From: Entomortierella parvispora E1425
Taxonomy: Eukaryota > Fungi > Mortierellomycota
DNA length: 64,000 nucleotides
NCBI GenBank assembly: GCA_020891255.1
Contig: BQFW01000011.1
Coordinates: 1,798,001 to 1,862,000 of the forward strand
Reading direction: 5' to 3'
Below the pieces are notes generated by a model that saw nothing but the letters and a program-made list of their open reading frames with translations, was not told where the DNA came from and did no database searches. Positions 12,711-26,637 of the stretch are shown one piece after another; position 1 is the first letter of the stretch; each line of letters opens with the position of its first letter. Position numbers and translations under genes: made by a program.

Positions 12711-14953
12711 ATGCCGCACTTTCTCATTCAGTTTGCTCAGCAGCACGAGGAGGTACAGTCGGCGAGTCTGTTCGGTTTAGATATGCATGCAGCTCTGTAC
12801 TGGACGCTAATCAACGATCTTTCATAACAAATGCTAGTTCCGCCTTCCAGAGCTGGAGGCCCTCGCGACGATAGAAAATGTCCAGATGACCTATGAACCC
12901 AGCGACTACAGCCTTGAGGTACTTGTCCTGGGACCTTCACTCGCTGAAGGACAAACAAAGCGAAAAGACTGAAAAGACACTGGATCATGGGCAAGCACTC
13001 ATCGCGCTCTGTTTTTCTTTTTCGCGTATACAAAACCCATCTAGTCGCCTTTCTTGATTGTCGAGATCGAGTCTGCAGAGAAAGCCGCCTTGTTGCTGAA
13101 GAGAGCTATCCTGATCAGGTAAATAGGATTAGAAGTTTGGGGACAACTGGTCTGGGAGATCTTGCAGGATCTGGAATGCAGCCTCTAGTTGGATCTATAT
13201 GGAAACATCAATTGAAAGGCGACAGCTAACATCGATGGCTTCACCACTTTTAGGACTATCACTGAACTATGGGCAACGGGATCATCATGGGACGAGGTCA
13301 TTGAAAAAGTCAAGGAGCATCCTGAGCGCTGGGTAAATATTCGCATTTCTTGTTTTACAGGATCGCAGAATACGGAGGCGCAATGCCATTGTCGACGACC
13401 GCATTATTTTGACTCATACAACATACCATCTCTTTATTTTGTAGCCCCAGTACCTTCACTGCTCGTTCAAGTTTTCGGTGGTGACTTTTGGAGGCACGAT
13501 CGAGATGAAGGACAAGCCACCATTGATCAACAGATTCTCGTTCACTGGATTCCAGGGGAAGATTGATTTGAAGACCCCAGAGGAAGAGTTTTTGTTGATT
13601 GCCGACTATGGAATCGATCCCAACGTTCATGTCGCTCATACCTTTTACATGGGACGCCTGGTAAGGAAGAGAAAAAGTCTCCCAAGGTCGAAACACAGGG
13701 ACGGGACAACGGTTGTTTTTCAAATCGCTGACTCTGTATTTTTGTGTTGTCTCAATACAGGTTGGACATGGAAAGCGCGAGCTGATTGATAAGTTCAATG
13801 TGAAGAAGCGGAAATACATTGGAAACACGACTATGGACGCAGAACTTTCTTTGATCATGGCCAACCAAGCCCTCTGTGGACCCGGAAAGCTGGTCTACGA
13901 TCCATTTGTGGGAACTGGAAGTTTCTTGATGACTTGCGCTCATTTCGGAGCCATGACCGTCGGAAGCGATATCGATGGACGACAAATCCGAGGAAAGGGA
14001 AAGGCCAGCATTCAATCCAACTGCGAACAATACAACCTCAAAGGAAGAGTCCTGGACGCGCTCGTCTTTGATGTCTGCCACTCACCTTGGAGAACTTTCA
14101 AGGAGGGTTTGTTTGATGCCATTGTGACCGATCGTAAGTTTGGGCTTTATTCTTTTCATACTCTTTCTGGACCTATCGATGTCAGTTTTGCTTGGATTCT
14201 TACGGTGTACATTGTTCATTTACTGGATTCTAGCCCCATATGGAGTTCGCGCTGGAGCAAAAACCTTGGGACGCAAGGATCAGAGCAAACAAGCGACGGA
14301 GCCAAGAATGGCTGTAAATGAGGGTGTCCTCGCTCATCTGTATGTGGCCCTTTCTCACTCTTTGGGACGTACCTGCTCCTTTGTTGATCGTGTTTCTGAC
14401 ATGTTGCTTCCTATCTTTCAACTTTTCTATGACGTTTAGTCTCCCCGACTATGTACCACCCACCAAGCCCTATGAGATGACCGAGGTCGTTGCTGATCTT
14501 TTGATGTTTGCAGTCAAGAACTTGGTCCGAGGAGGACGTCTTGTTTACTGGTTGCCCACCGTGACCGAGGATTACAGTATTGACGACCTCCCTACTCACC
14601 CTTGCATGGAGCTGGTTGCAAACTGTGAGCAGGCTTTTGGACAGTGGTCCCGTCGTCTCATCACTATGGAGAAGGTCAAGGACTGGGATGGTCATGCCCC
14701 CTTGGGTGCTCCCTCTGGAGAGATGAACAAGTCCAAGACTGGTCCCAGTCAACAAGGCCACTTTGGTTTCCGTGATCGTTACTTTGCCTTCTCTGCTGTC
14801 GAGAACGCTCAAAGGAAAAAGGATCTGAAGGAGGCTTTCCAGGCAGGTGGCAAGGAGGCTGTGGCTGCTTACATGAGGCAGCTTGAAGATAAAAAGAACA
14901 AGGCCGCTGCTGCCGCCGCTGCCGCCGCTGCTGCTGCCTCACAAGAGAGCTGA
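12711..14953 (+). CDS. TRM11: tRNA (guanine10-N2)-methyltransferase; exons 12711-12752, 12838-12918, 13045-13118, 13254-13332, 13445-13660, 13761-14133, 14234-14339, 14440-14953
   Basis: MPHFLIQFAQQHEEFRLPELEAL, RKYIGNTTMDAELSLIMANQA, VYDPFVGTGS, GSDIDGR, FDAIVTDPPYGVRAG, GGRLVYWLP, WSRRLITMEK. Confidence 0.96.
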
Positions 14954-16496
14954 TTGACCTTGCAAAAAGTCACCCCCTCATCACCTTAATAAAATCAAAC
15001 GTGCCAATCAAACATTTCATTGCAGGGGCTGAGAGCGGGTGGTCTGAGCGCACTTGCAAAACTTTGGGCGAAGTCCGTCGTTGCCTGTTTCGGAAGGTGC
15101 CTGGAGGAACATGAATCTCGCGACTTCTTGAGGAATGTTCATTCTGAAGAAGAAATGCAATGCTCCTCGCCGGTGTCCTCATTTCTACATTTCAGCTTCA
15201 CATGGCGCGGGAAAATGCACTGAACTCACATCAACGTCGTTGCCAGCAGGGTATGTTCTATCCCTTGGGATCAACGAGTAGCTCATTGTTTTAACTACCT
15301 CTGTCTTTATTTCATTCGTGATTTCCATCTAGAGGTCTACTCTCAGTCCACCCCAGCTCTCCGATCAGAGAACTGAAGTTGTGCAGAATACGTCAACGAG
15401 CAGGCGGCAGACCATTTCGCATCCCAATAAAACTTGGTGACAACCATCATCATGAGGGAAACAAAAGGACTTGTCTTGTTCAGAAATGAAAAGGGCCCAA
15501 AAAAGCCCTTTTCCTTCCTGCTGGCAGGGTCGAAAGGGTCCAGCGCTCCTTAATTATCAGGCAGCGCGTCGCAGCAGCTGTCAACGGTGCCCACCATTAC
15601 CAATGCACAAAATCCCCATGGACATTACGTCCGTCGCATCGACGCAACAAGCCACATCGATGATTGACTGCCATTTTACATGCGATTCTTCTATTTTCTG
15701 GCCCATTGCGTGCTGGCACCATGCAACGGTTTTGTCAACAAACACCTCGATTGAAATCATTTTACCATTTTCACCTCTGGTACCGCAAAGGTCTGTTGTC
15801 CTCAAAATACCCATATATATAGGGCAGTTTTACATATACTATTGGTTGAATGAAGCATCAGCGGCAACTACTGCTTATCAGTGTTGGAGTCTACAGGGTC
15901 AGGCTACGGAATAGCCGTAGCGGCACTGGTGACGTTGCGACAGCCCTTTTGGTCCGCTCAGCAAGGACCACTTGTCTTTTTTTTTTTTTCCTCTGGGGGT
16001 CCCGACTGGTAACCATCTGTGCGCCTCCTCCGTCTTCGGAGAATGACACAGGCGTGCTCTCTGACTCTTTCTTTTTTGTCCTTTTGTTATTGACAACCAA
16101 CCACCAGCATGGTGTTATGCGAGCACATTCTCCTTCTTGGCACCCTCATGAGCAATGGCATCTTTCACGACCTTCCTTGACCTCGACACAACCAAGGGCA
16201 GTTGTTGTGTTGTCTCCCATGGTCTCCCATAGTGCCGTCCGCTCAACACTCTAAATGTCGCAAGTGAACTCAGCTTTGCCACCAATTCCGTTTCACACTG
16301 CCACACCACGCCACCAATCTCCACTCCACCACTCAAACTCTGAGCCCACCAATCCTGTGTGGCTGCCACTATGGTTGCAGTCCCTGTCTTCACCCTGACC
16401 GTCTCTGCACTGCAGTGCCATCCCGACAGTGCAACCGATGCGCCATTCAGGCAAATGCAAAGACATCAATATGTTTATTATTTTCATTGAGTTTTT

Positions 16497-18658
16497 TCAA
16501 ACTTCTAGCCTGGCAATGGCAGGCGGGTCCATTTCCCATGGGAACGTCAGGTCTGGGAGGATCCCGCCTGGGAGACAACCCATCGGACAGGGCCTCCAGG
16601 CCTCCTCTTCAAATAATGTCCACGCTCCAACAGCAGGAGTAGCAGGAGCAGCAGACGTGTCTTCAACTCCCTCCATTGCTTCCTCCTGTGGCACTGTCGT
16701 ATCCTCATCCTGCCGCTGTTCCTGCGGTGGCCGACCTGCAGCGAGGGCAGGCCCTTCTTGCCATACTCCTCCTCTGGCATCCGCTACAATCGGTGGGGTG
16801 GGTGTGGGTATCGTCGAGTTTGCAGCGGCGGCAGGGATAGAAGAGGTCGATCCCGATACAATCCTTTGATCGATCTGCTTCAAGAGGGGTCCGATCTTTT
16901 CTTTGATGTCTGCGTCTGCCTCAATCACAGTGTTGAGCACCGACCGAATCAATGGGCTCACATGAAGTCCACTGTTGGTGAGGCAAGCCTCCACAAGATC
17001 GAGAATATCATCCTGATCCAACATGACCGGCGGCTGATTGGCCAGAGTCTGCTCAGCGACCAGCTGGGCTGCCAGGGCCGCAACTGAGGGTCTCGTCGCG
17101 GATGATGTAGAGATTGTGGGCGAGTTGACAGAGAGTGAGCTTAGCGACGGGGAATTTGAACCGGAGGATGCCGAAGAGTGAGTCGCCCGTCCTCGAGCGC
17201 TCGCCTGCTGGTCATAATTCAGTTTGATCAAGTATTTGATCCACGCCACTAGATGATGTATCAATAATAAAAAAATGTCATGTCAGAACGTCTGCAATAA
17301 CCACGGAAAAGGAACCCTGACCACCCAAATACGTACAGATCGTGATGAGATAACTGCCAGTTTTGGCCGCCGCTTTCTCCTCGTCTGTTGCTCTGAACTG
17401 TGCAACCGCCAGGGCCGCATTGTTGGCTTCGATCAATTTGTCCAGCATATCGTTCAAAAGCCTAGCCCAGAATGAGACTGCCTCTCCATCCTTGCTACTC
17501 GTATTCCTGAGGTCGTGATGCAACTTGTTCATCAGCGGCATCCAGCACAGATCCACCATGCGTCCAAGGTTATGAAGGCTCAGATCCCGACCGGAAGCCC
17601 TTGACTTCTTGCTCTTAGGAACAAGCATGCCTGGCTCAAGCAAGACAGGGACAAGGGTCTCTAAGAGCTCATCTCCCGATCGACAGCGTTTGATCAGATC
17701 CCGCACTAGCCTTCCAACAATATGAGTCTCCGTCTTGGGTTGCGACAGGTTATTTTCTACAAGGAAAAGTAAAAGTAGGCCCTCTGTCTCAGTAAAAATG
17801 TGCAAGCAAGAAGTGAAATGGTTCCATCAACGAAGATCCAATGTAGAGACCAACCTTCAATTTGCTTCTCCTTGTTAATTTTGTATGCCTCGATGATCCG
17901 GCGAACGTCATCCGTCATAGCAGAAAGCATTTCTTCACTTGGCGTCTCATCAAGTCGTACTGGGACCAGTTGCTTATCCCAATAGTTTTCCTTGAGCCAT
18001 CCTATCGCCTAGGTAATATCGTTTCGGGTTAGCAACTTCATTGTGTGTACTAGTCCTGAATGATGGCTCCTGTAATCAAAGAGTTGCAGTTTGATCTCCT
18101 ACCTCGTTGGTCTCCCTCCGAAGAGACGTCAGACTTGGCAGATAGTCATGAGTAGCAGTGTGTCTCAGCTCCACAAATGAGATTGGCATGCCCACTTTTT
18201 CCACGGCCAAATAGGCGATTGATTTCGCCGATTTAGAAGACTGGAACCCATCCACGTAACCGTTCACGAATCGAATAAAGACCATCGAATACATGAGACG
18301 CAATTCCTGATCTGACAGAGTCCCTGTCCAATCCCTGATGACGACTTGCATAAACGAGGCGGTGGAATCGATCGCATGGGGTAGTTTTCCTCGTGCTTCC
18401 CATGCCTTCACCTACAAAAAGCGAGTTTCCGAGTGGTGTAAGTTCTCCACACAGTGGTATGATCAGATCGTATGGTAGTTTCATTTTCCAAATAGTCCGC
18501 TGAGGAGATGAGGATCTTACGCGTCGCAAAGCACATTCCTGAGATCGGATATCCGGCGCGCCATCCTCTGTGGGTTCGGGGTAAAACCAGTTGTAAACCT
18601 GAATGAATTCTGCAGGTGAATGCCAAGGCACAAGCTTTGGCAATTTGGGTGGAGGCAT
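16497..18658 (-). CDS. LAS1: Pre-rRNA processing endoribonuclease Las1; exons 18658-18521, 18411-18103, 18008-17855, 17756-17337, 17248-16497
   Basis: PKLVPWHS..EFIQVYNWFY, VKAWEARGKLPHAIDSTA, LRLMYSMVFIRFVNG, HEPN-type VELRHTATHDYLPSL, WLKENYW, C-terminal WRPCPMGCLPG. Confidence 0.93.
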
Positions 18659-19056
18659 TCGGAATGAGATTCTTTAATGTCTCCAAGCTTTGAGAAAAGT
18701 TGCCTTCTGGACTCCTGCTCTTGTGTGTCCTGATGTCCAAGGTCGGATGGAGGTTTCCTCTTGAAGACCATGCGCTCGACTTGTCCGCAAAAAAAAAAAA
18801 AAAAGAAAGAAAAAAAAGCCAAGCCACTTGCGGTTGCCACCAATATGACTATTTAAGGGTCTAACTCCTGCAGTTTTGGTCTTTGAGGGTGCGCAGGCGG
18901 ATGTTTGGTCGCTGATGCATCGCCGGGCGCCCTGCCTGTTGTTCTCCCGCTGAAGCAGAAACGTGGGAGCAGGAGTAAGCGTGGGCAAAATAGAAGAAGA
19001 TAGAAGAAGATAGAAGATAGAAGATGTATAACGACAGGAAGGATATTACTGCGCAG

Positions 19057-20168
19057 GAGTCATTTGTCCATGTTCTTCGAAGAGAAAGATCTAGGAGACG
19101 GGGGCACAGCAATGGGGCAAGATCATCAGTTGGCCACGTCGTTTACAAAAGACATGATGAAACACAACGCGTCGAGTCAGCTCCTCGGATGTGTTGTGTT
19201 TGTAGTAAAGGAGAAGGATCGCCACTTTGATTTCTAGGTGACTCAAGGATTTTTTTTTTTTTTGGACCCCTACACTTTCATGTGCCATTGAAATTGAGCT
19301 GTGGGTCAGAGAAAAAGAAAAAAACGTTTGTATTCGGAGAATTGTCGTTCGTCCTCTTTGAAGGCAAGAGATGATCAACGAAGGAGGGCTCAACCACAAC
19401 AATACACTTCTCGGACGAAAACACAAAAATAATCTATCATCATTCGAGGAAGGCAACTTTCATTTTCTGTCGAGTCATACACAAATTTTTGGCTGCAGAA
19501 ATCGAAAAAAGATCCATATCTGTGAGCCGTGTGGGCACAGCAAGAAAAAAAAAACGGTCAGGCAACGGCAACGAATGATCGTCCTTCAACACCCTCGTCC
19601 GACTCCCTGGAGCAATTGAAGGCAGCAGTTCTCCTACTCCGCCTTCGCATGGGCAAGAGGATTCCAAGTACGACAAGTACGAAAGAGGGAAACAGTGAGA
19701 CTCACGACCTCCCTCGGAGTTTTTATCTCCTGTGGCAAGATAACGAGAGGCGAAGCAAAATAATTTTCGAACAGTCAGCAGAGACAAGAAAATTGAGGGT
19801 GTCTCGCGGCGGAGTGAGGCCGCAGAACCTGGTGAATCGACCCATGACGGTGTCCTGCCTACTGATTGAGACTGGAGGAATGGCTGTCGAGCTGTGTGGG
19901 TGACCGGGCCTTTGTTTGCTACCAACCCGAGCGCTCTTGCTTCGGACAAACCCTTCGAGTCAGCGAAAAAAAATCCAATCGCAAAAAAACCAGGCACACT
20001 AAACAAAAAAAACATCGAGTCATCCAGTTCCTGGGTCTTATAAAAGGGTGCCCTTGTCCCCCTCCTCTTCCCTCCTCACTTTATCAACAACCACTATACC
20101 CCCACTCTCTCATCCCTATCCCTGATCGGCCTTCAACCAGTCCAACCAAACTCTCTAGAACTGACTCA
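19057..20168. promoter_or_regulatory. Cluster of seven TGACTC/GAGTCA (Gcn4/CpcA-type) sites upstream of the DAHP synthase
   Basis: Hexamers at 19057, 19174, 19239 (TGACTCA), 19472, 19957, 20017 and 20162 (TGACTCA). Confidence 0.6.
20039..20045 (+). promoter_or_regulatory. TATA box (TATAAAA) of the DAHP synthase gene
   Basis: Consensus TATAAAA 170 bp upstream of the ATG at 20209, followed by a pyrimidine-rich leader. Confidence 0.5.
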
Positions 20169-20208
20169 AACAAACGATCGTTTATAACCACCTCATATTA
20201 CACACAAC

Positions 20209-21441
<1,233 letters not shown>

Positions 21442-21698
21442 AAGATACTCTGTTCTGTACTCTTCACAATCCCTTTTGCATGAAACACCGTTGTATAATA
21501 TCATAATAAAAAAGTGTCGTTTTCATTTCCATTGATGTCGCTTGCGTGGAGGCTAGTCCACTGTATGTTGCCGCAATGAATGGGGGAAAAGTGTGATGAC
21601 CTGAAATATTAATCATTTTTATAGTTCTAATTGTTTGTCCACGATATTGCGGCTCGAGAATCAATACAGTATAAATGCTAGTGAATGCTGAGGTGCAT

Positions 21699-22671
21699 CT
21701 ACGAAAAGTCAATGACGGAAGCACCCCACTTCTCGACGAATTCTTGGGTTGGGAGTGCAATCTTCCAGTCGACATGTCCTGCACCAAGATAGAAAATAGC
21801 GGGCTATCATCGTAATTATAGCATGAAAAACAACTGTTAGCCAACCACGATCCACTGGCCATCCCTCAGACAGACTGCGCACATATCAATGAATGACACT
21901 CTTGACAGGAATACTTCAACTACATACCGAAAGCTCTGCAATCCTGCTGGAAATCAAGATGGGCAGATCCGTGGCCATACCTGGAGCAAAAGAAATGGTA
22001 TAGTTAGTTTCGAATATCACCAACAGGACACTCCATATATAGAAAATAGAAAACAAGTCCTACCGACTGGAGAGACGCCATTGTTGGTGAATCCTGTGAG
22101 CTCCAGAGACTTTTCAGCAGGGGCGATCCGAAGGTGCATTCCCTTTCTACTTGATCCTGTCCGTTCCCGAACGGCCTTCTCCAGCTTTGTGATATTGACG
22201 GATCCCTCGTACTGAACCAAGACACACCAGTACCGATCTGCATCAACAGGCTTAGACTCGTCCTGTTTCCACTTTGTGTTCTCGAAGACGAGCGATTTGC
22301 AGAGATGGAAGGTTGAGGGGCAGCCCATTACACGGGCCCTCTGATCGAGAGGCCAATCGTAATAGTCACTGGCAACGTGAAAGAACCGGCACTGGCTGGG
22401 CAGGCGCTTCTGAGCATCGTCGATGACCTAAAGGGAAGAGGCAGATATGTGGTATGACATTGATATTGTTTAGCGAAGCCAGTCAAGAGCTGAAGTCCAT
22501 TCGCCTTCGTCCTGAGGAATGAAGTGATGTCCGCTCTACCTTCTGAGTGGTGTCGGGTATGGTCTCTGGCAAAACATCGGTCTTTGCGCGTGCGAAAAAG
22601 TCCTCGAGAGATTCGACAGGCGCAGGGCTGGCATCGCTCATGAGCTGGAATCCTGTTGTTGGCTCTGGCAT
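21699..22671 (-). CDS. YbaK/aminoacyl-tRNA deacylase-like domain protein; five exons, last one ending PAIFYLGAGHVDWKIALPTQEFVEKWGASVIDFS*
   Basis: FFHVASDYYDWPLDQRA, HLCKSLVFENT, YWCVLVQY, LELTGFTNNGVSPVGM, FYLGAGHVDWKI resemble the eukaryotic YbaK-like family; introns are GT-AG. Confidence 0.7.
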
Positions 22672-23223
22672 GATGTCGTCGTTTCCTGTCGGTTGTTGGT
22701 GGCAAAGTGCAAGAGAGCAAAGAGGAATGCATGAGTGGGGGATTCTCAGTCAGGACCTGATCGGATCCCGTGACCTGGAGTCATGCAGCATTTGCGAGCA
22801 GATCACCTTCCCCGAGAGACAATGGACGGAGCCAGATCAGGACAAAGCCCCGAAAAATCTCACGTGATTTTTGTTTACACGCACATTCGCTCTCGGTGTT
22901 CTCCGTGTGTGCGAAGGGGGCCGGACAAACAGCACGCTCCCATCCACAGGCAGAGAGGGCACAGAAGGCCAGAAGAGACTGGCGAGCAATCCTCGTTGCA
23001 CGGCGCTAGTGCACCGAAAGCGTATTTGTTTCCCCATCCCGCTGCACTTTCCTTTTGCATCCATCATCCCTCTCCTTCTCCGCATTCCTCTCTTTGCTCT
23101 CTCCCCTTCTCTCTTTGCTCGCTCCCTGTCCTTGACCCTTTCCCCTGTTCTCGGCTGTCGACACTTGCTCTTCCCCCCTTCTCCTCTCTTTCAACACCAC
23201 TCCCCACTCCGCACTTTCACATC

Positions 23224-24906
23224 ATGTCCTTCTCTCTCGCTAAGCACACTGCCATCGGCCTCACGCGCCCCGTCCTGAAGCACAGCTTGCCTTCGGTAAA
23301 TCACTCGCGCCTTTGACGACACGCAATCGCAAACAATCGATCCATCGCAACTCGGAATCCGTTCCTTGATTGAATCCGAACATGATTGGCGTCCTTCGCG
23401 ATCCCCCTTTTTCTTGCTGCTCGGAGCTACGTCCTTTGTCCTGGAACACGTCATTTTAACACCTCTCCGGCTTGATTCATTTCTCGGATTGATTGTCATT
23501 TTCTTTAGGCTCCCGTTGCCGTCGCTCGCACCTTCGCCACTGAGGCCCCTGCCAAGAAGACCAAGACCTTCCAGATTTACAGATGGGTAAGTTTCCCATC
23601 CTCGGTCATTCTTCACGCGTGAATCTATTGGCCACTGCTGCTACATCATGATCTCGGCTCGACACCTCGTCCTGTGGGCAAAAACCGAAATGTCCGAGAC
23701 TACAAAAATATCAATTTTTTTCCGGACACAGGCTGCACCTCTTCCCTTTGCCCCCTGGCGCACGACCTTCGGCGTCACGAGCAAAGAGCCGGCTCTCTTT
23801 CTCTCTCTCGGTCTTCGCGCGCCATACCGTTGCTCCATTCTAATATCAATGGCTATTCTCCATTCATTATCACTAGAACCCCGATACTCCCGCTGAGAAG
23901 CCAAAGTTGCAGAAGTACGAGGTCGATATGAACAACTGCGGCCCCATGGTTCTTGATGCCCTTATCAAGATCAAGAACGAGATCGACCCCACCCTTACCT
24001 TCCGTCGCTCCTGCCGTGAGGGTATTTGCGGTTCCTGCGCCATGAACATCGGAGGCTCCAACACCTTGGCCTGTATTTGCAAAATCGAGGTCGACGGCAA
24101 GGACACCAAGATCTACCCTCTTCCCCACAGTAATGTGTCCTTTCTTGCTCCTTGTTGTGGTGCTCCCTGTTTCCTTGTTTCTCTTGAACATGTCAGACTC
24201 ATCCCTCTTACTTGCTCTGTCCATCATAGCCTACGTTATCAAGGATCTTATTCCCGATTTGACCGAGTTCTACTCCCAGTACAAGTCGATCGAGCCTTTC
24301 TTGAAGCAGAAGACACCCGAGCCCGAGCGTGAGAACTTGCAGACGATCGAGGATCGCAAGAAGCTTGACGGTCTCTACGAGTGCATTCTCTGCGCCTGCT
24401 GCTCCACATCTTGCCCCTCTTACTGGTGGAACTCGGATCAGTACCTCGGACCCGCCGTCTTGATGCAGGCTTACCGCTGGATGATTGACAGCAGAGATCA
24501 GTTCGGCGCTGAGCGTCGCCAGGCTCTCCAGAACCCCTTCTCTCTTTACCGCTGCCACACCATCATGAGTATGTTGTCAAACTCTGGACAAAGAATGCGG
24601 GACCCAGCTGTGGAGAAAAAAGCCAATATCCCGGATATCGTAATCTCAAGGAGCAAAGTTGACTAACCGCTCGACCTCTGCACTTTTTTTTTTTTCCTTT
24701 TCTTCATTGATAGACTGTGCCAAGACTTGCCCCAAGGGTCTCAACCCCGTACGTATCCTTGCCTGGGACTTTACCTGGAGATGAATTGCGGCAGACGATC
24801 CGTCAGTTTTGTATTTGTTTCCAGGCACTAACCTTTCACAATTCTATCAATTTTAACATAGGGTCTCGCCATTGCCAAGATCAAGAAGGATATGGCCTTG
24901 GAGTAA
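23224..24906 (+). CDS. SDH2: Succinate dehydrogenase iron-sulfur subunit, multi-exon
   Basis: Presequence-like N-terminus, then [90 protein letters not shown]. Confidence 0.98.
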
Positions 24907-25572
24907 ATTGCCGGTCAACTAGCTACACCAGGAAGAGTTGTATAGCCCTCTTCGCGTGAACATATTCGCGTCTACGTCCCCATCCCCACATCACCCGCAC
25001 ACACAACCACCTTCCTCCCCCCCGCTGTCCATATTACGCAGAATGCAAAGAGCTGCAAAAGGATAGTTCATAATAAATGCCTTCATTTTATTTTTTTTAT
25101 TCACTTTCAAGATCATTGGTGATGGTGATAGAGCATTTACTGAACGGCAGATCCGCTCGATATTCGTTGTCAATGAGGTTTGGAAAGGGCACGATTAAAG
25201 GGGTATCTCTCACCGTTGTCATGCCCTTTGGGGACCTTGGGAATCCGACCCAGGTTTTGGGGAAAGATAGCTAAGCCACCAGACGTTGAATGAATGAATT
25301 GGGCAATGGCCCGTCTTCGCGTCTTCGGACTGTCCTTGGAAACACCCTTCTCTGTTTCCTCCAGCCAAGTTCTCTCATTATTCGTCCCTCTGTCCCCCCT
25401 CCCCTCTCTTTCTCCTCCCTCTTACACTTTTTTTCATTCCCTCAACCAGTCAGGATCAGGAAACCAGAATCGTTTGAGAATCATCATCCAACTTTTCTCC
25501 ATTTCGACCATCTAAAAAAAAAAAAAAAAAAAAAAAAGAAGAAGAGGAACCACTTTCTGACCATTCCATGAC

Positions 25573-26337
25573 ATGACGGTCGTTCCAGTTTCCCAATCCA
25601 TTTTGGGATTCACAGGCGGGGTCCTGAGTTCAATGACGGCCTACTCTCTCGTGTCAGATCAGCTCCGGAATGACTCCCGGGCCATGGATAATTCGCTGCA
25701 GCGGTTCCGTAGGTCGATCGAATATGGTCTCCCGCTTTTTATCCGCGACGAGGTATTGTTTGTGAAGGAGAGAAAAGGAGTAGGGAGCTAAAGGGAAAAG
25801 GCTGGACTTTCTGGACCATGACCATGAATAGTCAAATGAGCAAGGACAAGTCTTTAGGACGCCTTCCACTTTTTCAGGAAAGGGGCAAAGAAGACATTGG
25901 AGGCGATAAATGAGCCGCTCAAGATCATTGGATCAAAGATGACAGAAAGCAAGCAAGGAAACGGATAGATGAGGATAGGCTCCCCCTCTTTCTCCTCCGC
26001 CGGGGCCTGTCGTTCATTTCGGGATCAGTTGGCCTGATATCTGGATATATTTGGAGCAATGGACCGCCAACCGTCCAGTGGCCCCCATGTCATATCCTAT
26101 TTTGTTAGTTTTCTTTTGAGGCGACATCTTATCTTTGATTGAATCTAACCCCCTGTTTATCGACTCTTTACTCTTTTTCAGGAGTTTCTGCAGGTCATGA
26201 ACGCGCTCGAGGTCACATCCAGGCGGCAGAAGCGGGAACAATCCCTTTGGCGTAAATTCAAAAGAGCAGGACAATGGAATTGGAACGCAGGATTGGCAGG
26301 TGCAGTCGGCTCATTCCACGAGTGGAAACAATCATAG
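25573..26337 (+). CDS. Small mitochondrial membrane protein, MICOS Mic12/Aim5-like; exons 25573-25752, 26182-26337
   Basis: N-terminal ILGFTGGVLSSMTAYSL hydrophobic segment and C-terminal K..GQWNWNAGL pattern fit Mic12; phase-0 GT-AG intron. Confidence 0.55.
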
Positions 26338-26637
26338 ACAAATAAAAAACTGTACAGTAAACCAGCAACGGGAGTAGTCTGCAAAAGGACACAGTCTTTT
26401 CGGGGGAATGAAGTAGCAATGCTAGAATATTCGCGATTTATTCATTAATCATCATCATAAGGCATGTCTCTTTCATGAATGGAGAAAAAAAAATATAAAA
26501 CGAGTCTATGAATTACAGAAGCAGGAATAGAACATGAGAAAGAACAGGCGATAAATGATGGTCAGGAATGCGGTATGTGATGTTAGAATTTGATGCTGGG
26601 TTGCCCGCAGTGAGATAGAGGGACTGGCAGTGAGAGA

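Noticed and set aside
14970-16420. ORFs of 65-147 aa between TRM11 and LAS1
   Set aside because: No recognisable motif, no consistent splice chain and stops in neighbouring frames; treated as intergenic.
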